Assembly: GCA_008632985.1 (NCBI GenBank)
Contig: QPGO01000246.1
Span: 1 to 64,000 of the forward strand
Origin: Psammoneis japonica
Lineage: Eukaryota
Length of the DNA: 64,000 nt
Direction: 5' to 3'
The position numbers and the translations under genes were made by a program. This document shows, one piece after another, positions 61,289-64,000 of the stretch (its first letter is position 1; every line of letters starts with the position of its first letter). Under the pieces are notes generated by a model. It worked only from the letters and a program-made list of their open reading frames with translations. It ran no database searches and had not been told where the DNA came from.

Positions 61289-62344
61289 TTATTGTATTCG
61301 AAAAGCCGAGTTTATTGGCCGCGGAGGAAATTCAATGTCCCCTTTGCTTTGTACGAGTTGCATTTCTCGTGATGCAACACTCTCGCCTGAACGAGCAGCT
61401 GTTCGTGCAATGACTGCCGACATGGTCCCCATTACACTTGTCAACACGTCCCGAAGAAAGAATTCATCCCCCATTTTACAATTGGATTTTGCCGTGTGTC
61501 CCAACAAGAGAGCAGCACACAAGTCACCCGTACCAGTGAATCGTCCTTCCACAAATGGAATATCCATTCTCCACACTTCATCATTTGGTCCAGTATCATC
61601 CGTGTTTTTCAGCCGCTGAGATGCCAAAACAGTCATCGTTTTATCTAGTTCAGCTGAATCATGTTTTAGAGTCATGCTAGTGATGAATACAAGCTCAGGG
61701 CCCATGTCGTGAAGTGCTTTGCAAGCACTCACGGCATCAGAAACGTTCTCAACCTTCCCGCCGGTAAGCTGCTCTACTTCAAATTGATTCGGCGTAATCA
61801 CATTCGCCATGGGGATAACCTTTTCCTTGTAAACTTGTACCAGAGAAGGAGGAACATAAAACTTGCCATGATCGCCCAATACGGGGTCACACACAAAGCG
61901 CAGGGTTGGTTGATCTTGTCGTATTGTATTTACAACTTCAATTACTGCCTCCAAGAAGGATTCTGATCCAATAAACCCAGTTAGGACGTGTTGTATATTG
62001 GACAAGAGTTTGTTTCGTTTCAAGCCTTGTAAAATAGAACGCAGCTGTTCTCCGTTCAAAACTTCTCCTTCCACCCCATCTTCGTACCCTGTGTGATTGG
62101 AAAACTGTACAGAATTTATCACGTCGACATCGAAACCGAGCAGTTGCAACGGGAAAACAGATGATTTATTTCCAACATCTGTGCATAAATCACGACCATT
62201 TCTTAGATGTCCATTAGTCCAAAACACAATATCCATTCCTCTTTGTCTACACTTACAGCCAGAGACAACGTGCGATTGAATTGAAAGTACACGTTGAGGT
62301 GTAGGTTCGTCCGCGTATTTCGTTTTCGTTTGGAGATTCGACAT
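61289..62344 (-). CDS. PDXK: Pyridoxal kinase; intron 62179-62256
   Basis: RVLSIQSHVVSG(Y)VGNK, VQFSNHTGY, VCDPVLGD, ITPNQFE, FTGTGDL. Confidence 0.95.
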   Translation of the reverse strand: MSNLQTKTKYADEPTPQRVLSIQSHVVSGCKCRQRGMDIVFWTNGHLRNGRDLCTDVGNKSSVFPLQLLGFDVDVINSVQFSNHTGYEDGVEGEVLNGEQLRSILQGLKRNKLLSNIQHVLTGFIGSESFLEAVIEVVNTIRQDQPTLRFVCDPVLGDHGKFYVPPSLVQVYKEKVIPMANVITPNQFEVEQLTGGKVENVSDAVSACKALHDMGPELVFITSMTLKHDSAELDKTMTVLASQRLKNTDDTGPNDEVWRMDIPFVEGRFTGTGDLCAALLLGHTAKSNCKMGDEFFLRDVLTSVMGTMSAVIARTAARSGESVASREMQLVQSKGDIEFPPRPINSAFRIQ

Positions 62345-62639
62345 GATACATGAAAGCCAAAGAAGATCAAAGAAAAGCTTCTAGAAGGAGTCCAGTGTTC
62401 TAGATGCGCATGAATGGGAGATCACCTCACAATTACGAGCAGATGTGTATTTCGCAAGGCAAGCAACAACGACAACAAACAACAATAGGCTGATGTAGGC
62501 GATGACGACCAGAAATGGGGACCATGATCAGTGATCATGCGCGCTCGGAATACGCACGACCGCACGCTGCGCGCGATGATGTCTGTGCGAGCGTCGGCCG
62601 CAGATTTCTTCATTCCAACGCTCACTCGTCCTTGTCACC

Positions 62640-63236
62640 ATGATGAATTTCAAGCGGACGTTTGCCCTCGTGGTGGTTCTGTTGCTCTCTTCACCAGTCA
62701 GTTGTCAAGATGATTACCGAGAAGATTATGCACAAGACAATCTCTATCACGATTATGCCATGAGGCAACAAGAAAAGCAAGCACCAAAAGGGTATGTCGT
62801 TGATGTTTCAATTTTTGAACAATTCCCGAATTTCGTATTCATGACAGACTTGCAATACGTAATTTGTCCCACGGTCGTATTCGAATTTCGTATCAAAGTT
62901 TGTGTTGTTCCACGCGTAACGATGATGGTCGGATGTTCGACTATCGACGACACTACTTGGTGGGTATCATCACAATTGTTTCTCACTCTCTTTTCAATTT
63001 CATCTCACTCTATTTACAGTGGCGGTGGCTTTGGCAAGTTAATAGTTGGTTTTGGTGTGGGTTGGTTTGCCGGGGCGAAATTCCACACTCGACGTGTCAA
63101 GAAAAAGCTATCCGCCAAATTTCAAGCCGATCAAAAGAACTTGTACACACAATACTACAATGACGTGTATACTCTTCAGGAGCAAAATGCACAACTTGTG
63201 CGAGCACTGGAGGAAATGGGTGTAAAGCTAAAATAA
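62640..63236 (+). CDS. Hypothetical membrane protein with signal peptide; probable intron 62792-63019
   Basis: Signal peptide, YAQDNLYHDYA, GTATGT..TTACAG intron (228 nt, in frame), a Gly-rich TM segment and a coiled-coil tail. Confidence 0.7.
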   Translation: MMNFKRTFALVVVLLLSSPVSCQDDYREDYAQDNLYHDYAMRQQEKQAPKGYVVDVSIFEQFPNFVFMTDLQYVICPTVVFEFRIKVCVVPRVTMMVGCSTIDDTTWWVSSQLFLTLFSISSHSIYSGGGFGKLIVGFGVGWFAGAKFHTRRVKKKLSAKFQADQKNLYTQYYNDVYTLQEQNAQLVRALEEMGVKLK

Positions 63237-63659
63237 GACGGTAGAGGACGTAGTGGTCCTTTCTGGATGATGTGATGGGCAGATTGGCGCTGACTCTCTG
63301 GTTTTGGCTTCCAAAGTCGAACGGCAAATGTATACTGCCCTCCAGCCCCCACTTTTGGGTTGAGAACGTAAACTGTTTACGCAAAAATCGGGATTAAAAT
63401 GATTAAAGAATGCTATGCTTTACACAATGAATTGTTCCCCTTTCTCATTGGCGAGACCTATTTCGTCCAACTTGTGCCGATCCCCTTCGTGATGCTCAAC
63501 AGTCACATTTTGTTTCGTAACGTTGGGGCTAGTTGAGAGTCAAAGATTCTATGGTGTTAACGCTGCTTTGCAATACACACGGATCAGAGCTACCGGTACA
63601 GCATAGAGGCTTGGGTTGATTTATGGTCGTCTGTTGTTCGTGTTTAGCACGATCCAACA

Positions 63660-64000
63660 GTTCAAAATGTACACCAGTCTCTTTCGCTCAGTGGATGGCA
63701 TTTCCAGAAATATGGTCAAACTCTGCAGGTGCCCATCACATGTTCACACAATTGACAGGGCAAACCCATGGCAAACAACACACAGGAGCAGCAACAACAC
63801 AATGCAGTGGTGGCAAGCAAAGCAAAACTTTCACAGGCATCAGTGAACCATGGACACCAAAAAAAAGTGACTGCCAATGCTGTGAATCTTCCAAGAATGG
63901 CATCATAACAGGTGGTTGACATGGAAAGGAATTTATTTTGGGTGGGGACAAATTTTGCCATGGGTGCCACTGTGCAACAAGAGCTGACAGCATTTGCGTT
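63660..64000. other. Edge of another TpA/CpG-depleted domain
   Basis: TG/CA-rich with few CG or TA; continues past the window end. Confidence 0.55.

Noticed and set aside
63545..63554. gattctatgg matching the left transposon end
   Set aside because: Similarity stops after 10 nt and includes the TSD side; likely chance.

Overview
Eukaryotic DNA, most likely a pennate diatom: GT-AG introns, bipartite plastid presequences with ASAF-like motifs, and diatom-type LRR, ankyrin and 'VRF..RGLE' families. Recognisable host genes are MAN1/Src1-like, two ShK-prolyl-4-hydroxylases, an AA10 LPMO, a DEAD-box helicase, plastid dihydrolipoamide dehydrogenase, TraB-like, an alpha/beta hydrolase, a LON-N protein, two ankyrin proteins, AP-3 delta, ALG5-like, a PNKP-AKR fusion, TFIIH p52, RAD52 and pyridoxal kinase. 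Several carry small indels that look like long-read assembly errors. The main signal is five domains (~260-6830, ~13500-17900, ~28580-34095, ~56600-57900 and a weaker one from ~63660 to the end) from which TpA has largely been erased, usually along with CpG. A local duplication shows the changes are directional, TpA->TpG/CpA and CpG->TpG/CpA. This looks like a regional, repeat-associated hypermutation running opposite to fungal RIP. There is also a TIR DNA transposon with a hAT-like DDE transposase (13390-17955). Nested in it is a young 716-bp TRIM (13890-14605; 215-bp LTRs, AGAAT TSD) whose LTRs each carry a tRNA-like Pol III cassette. All counts and alignments were done by eye and no database searches were run.
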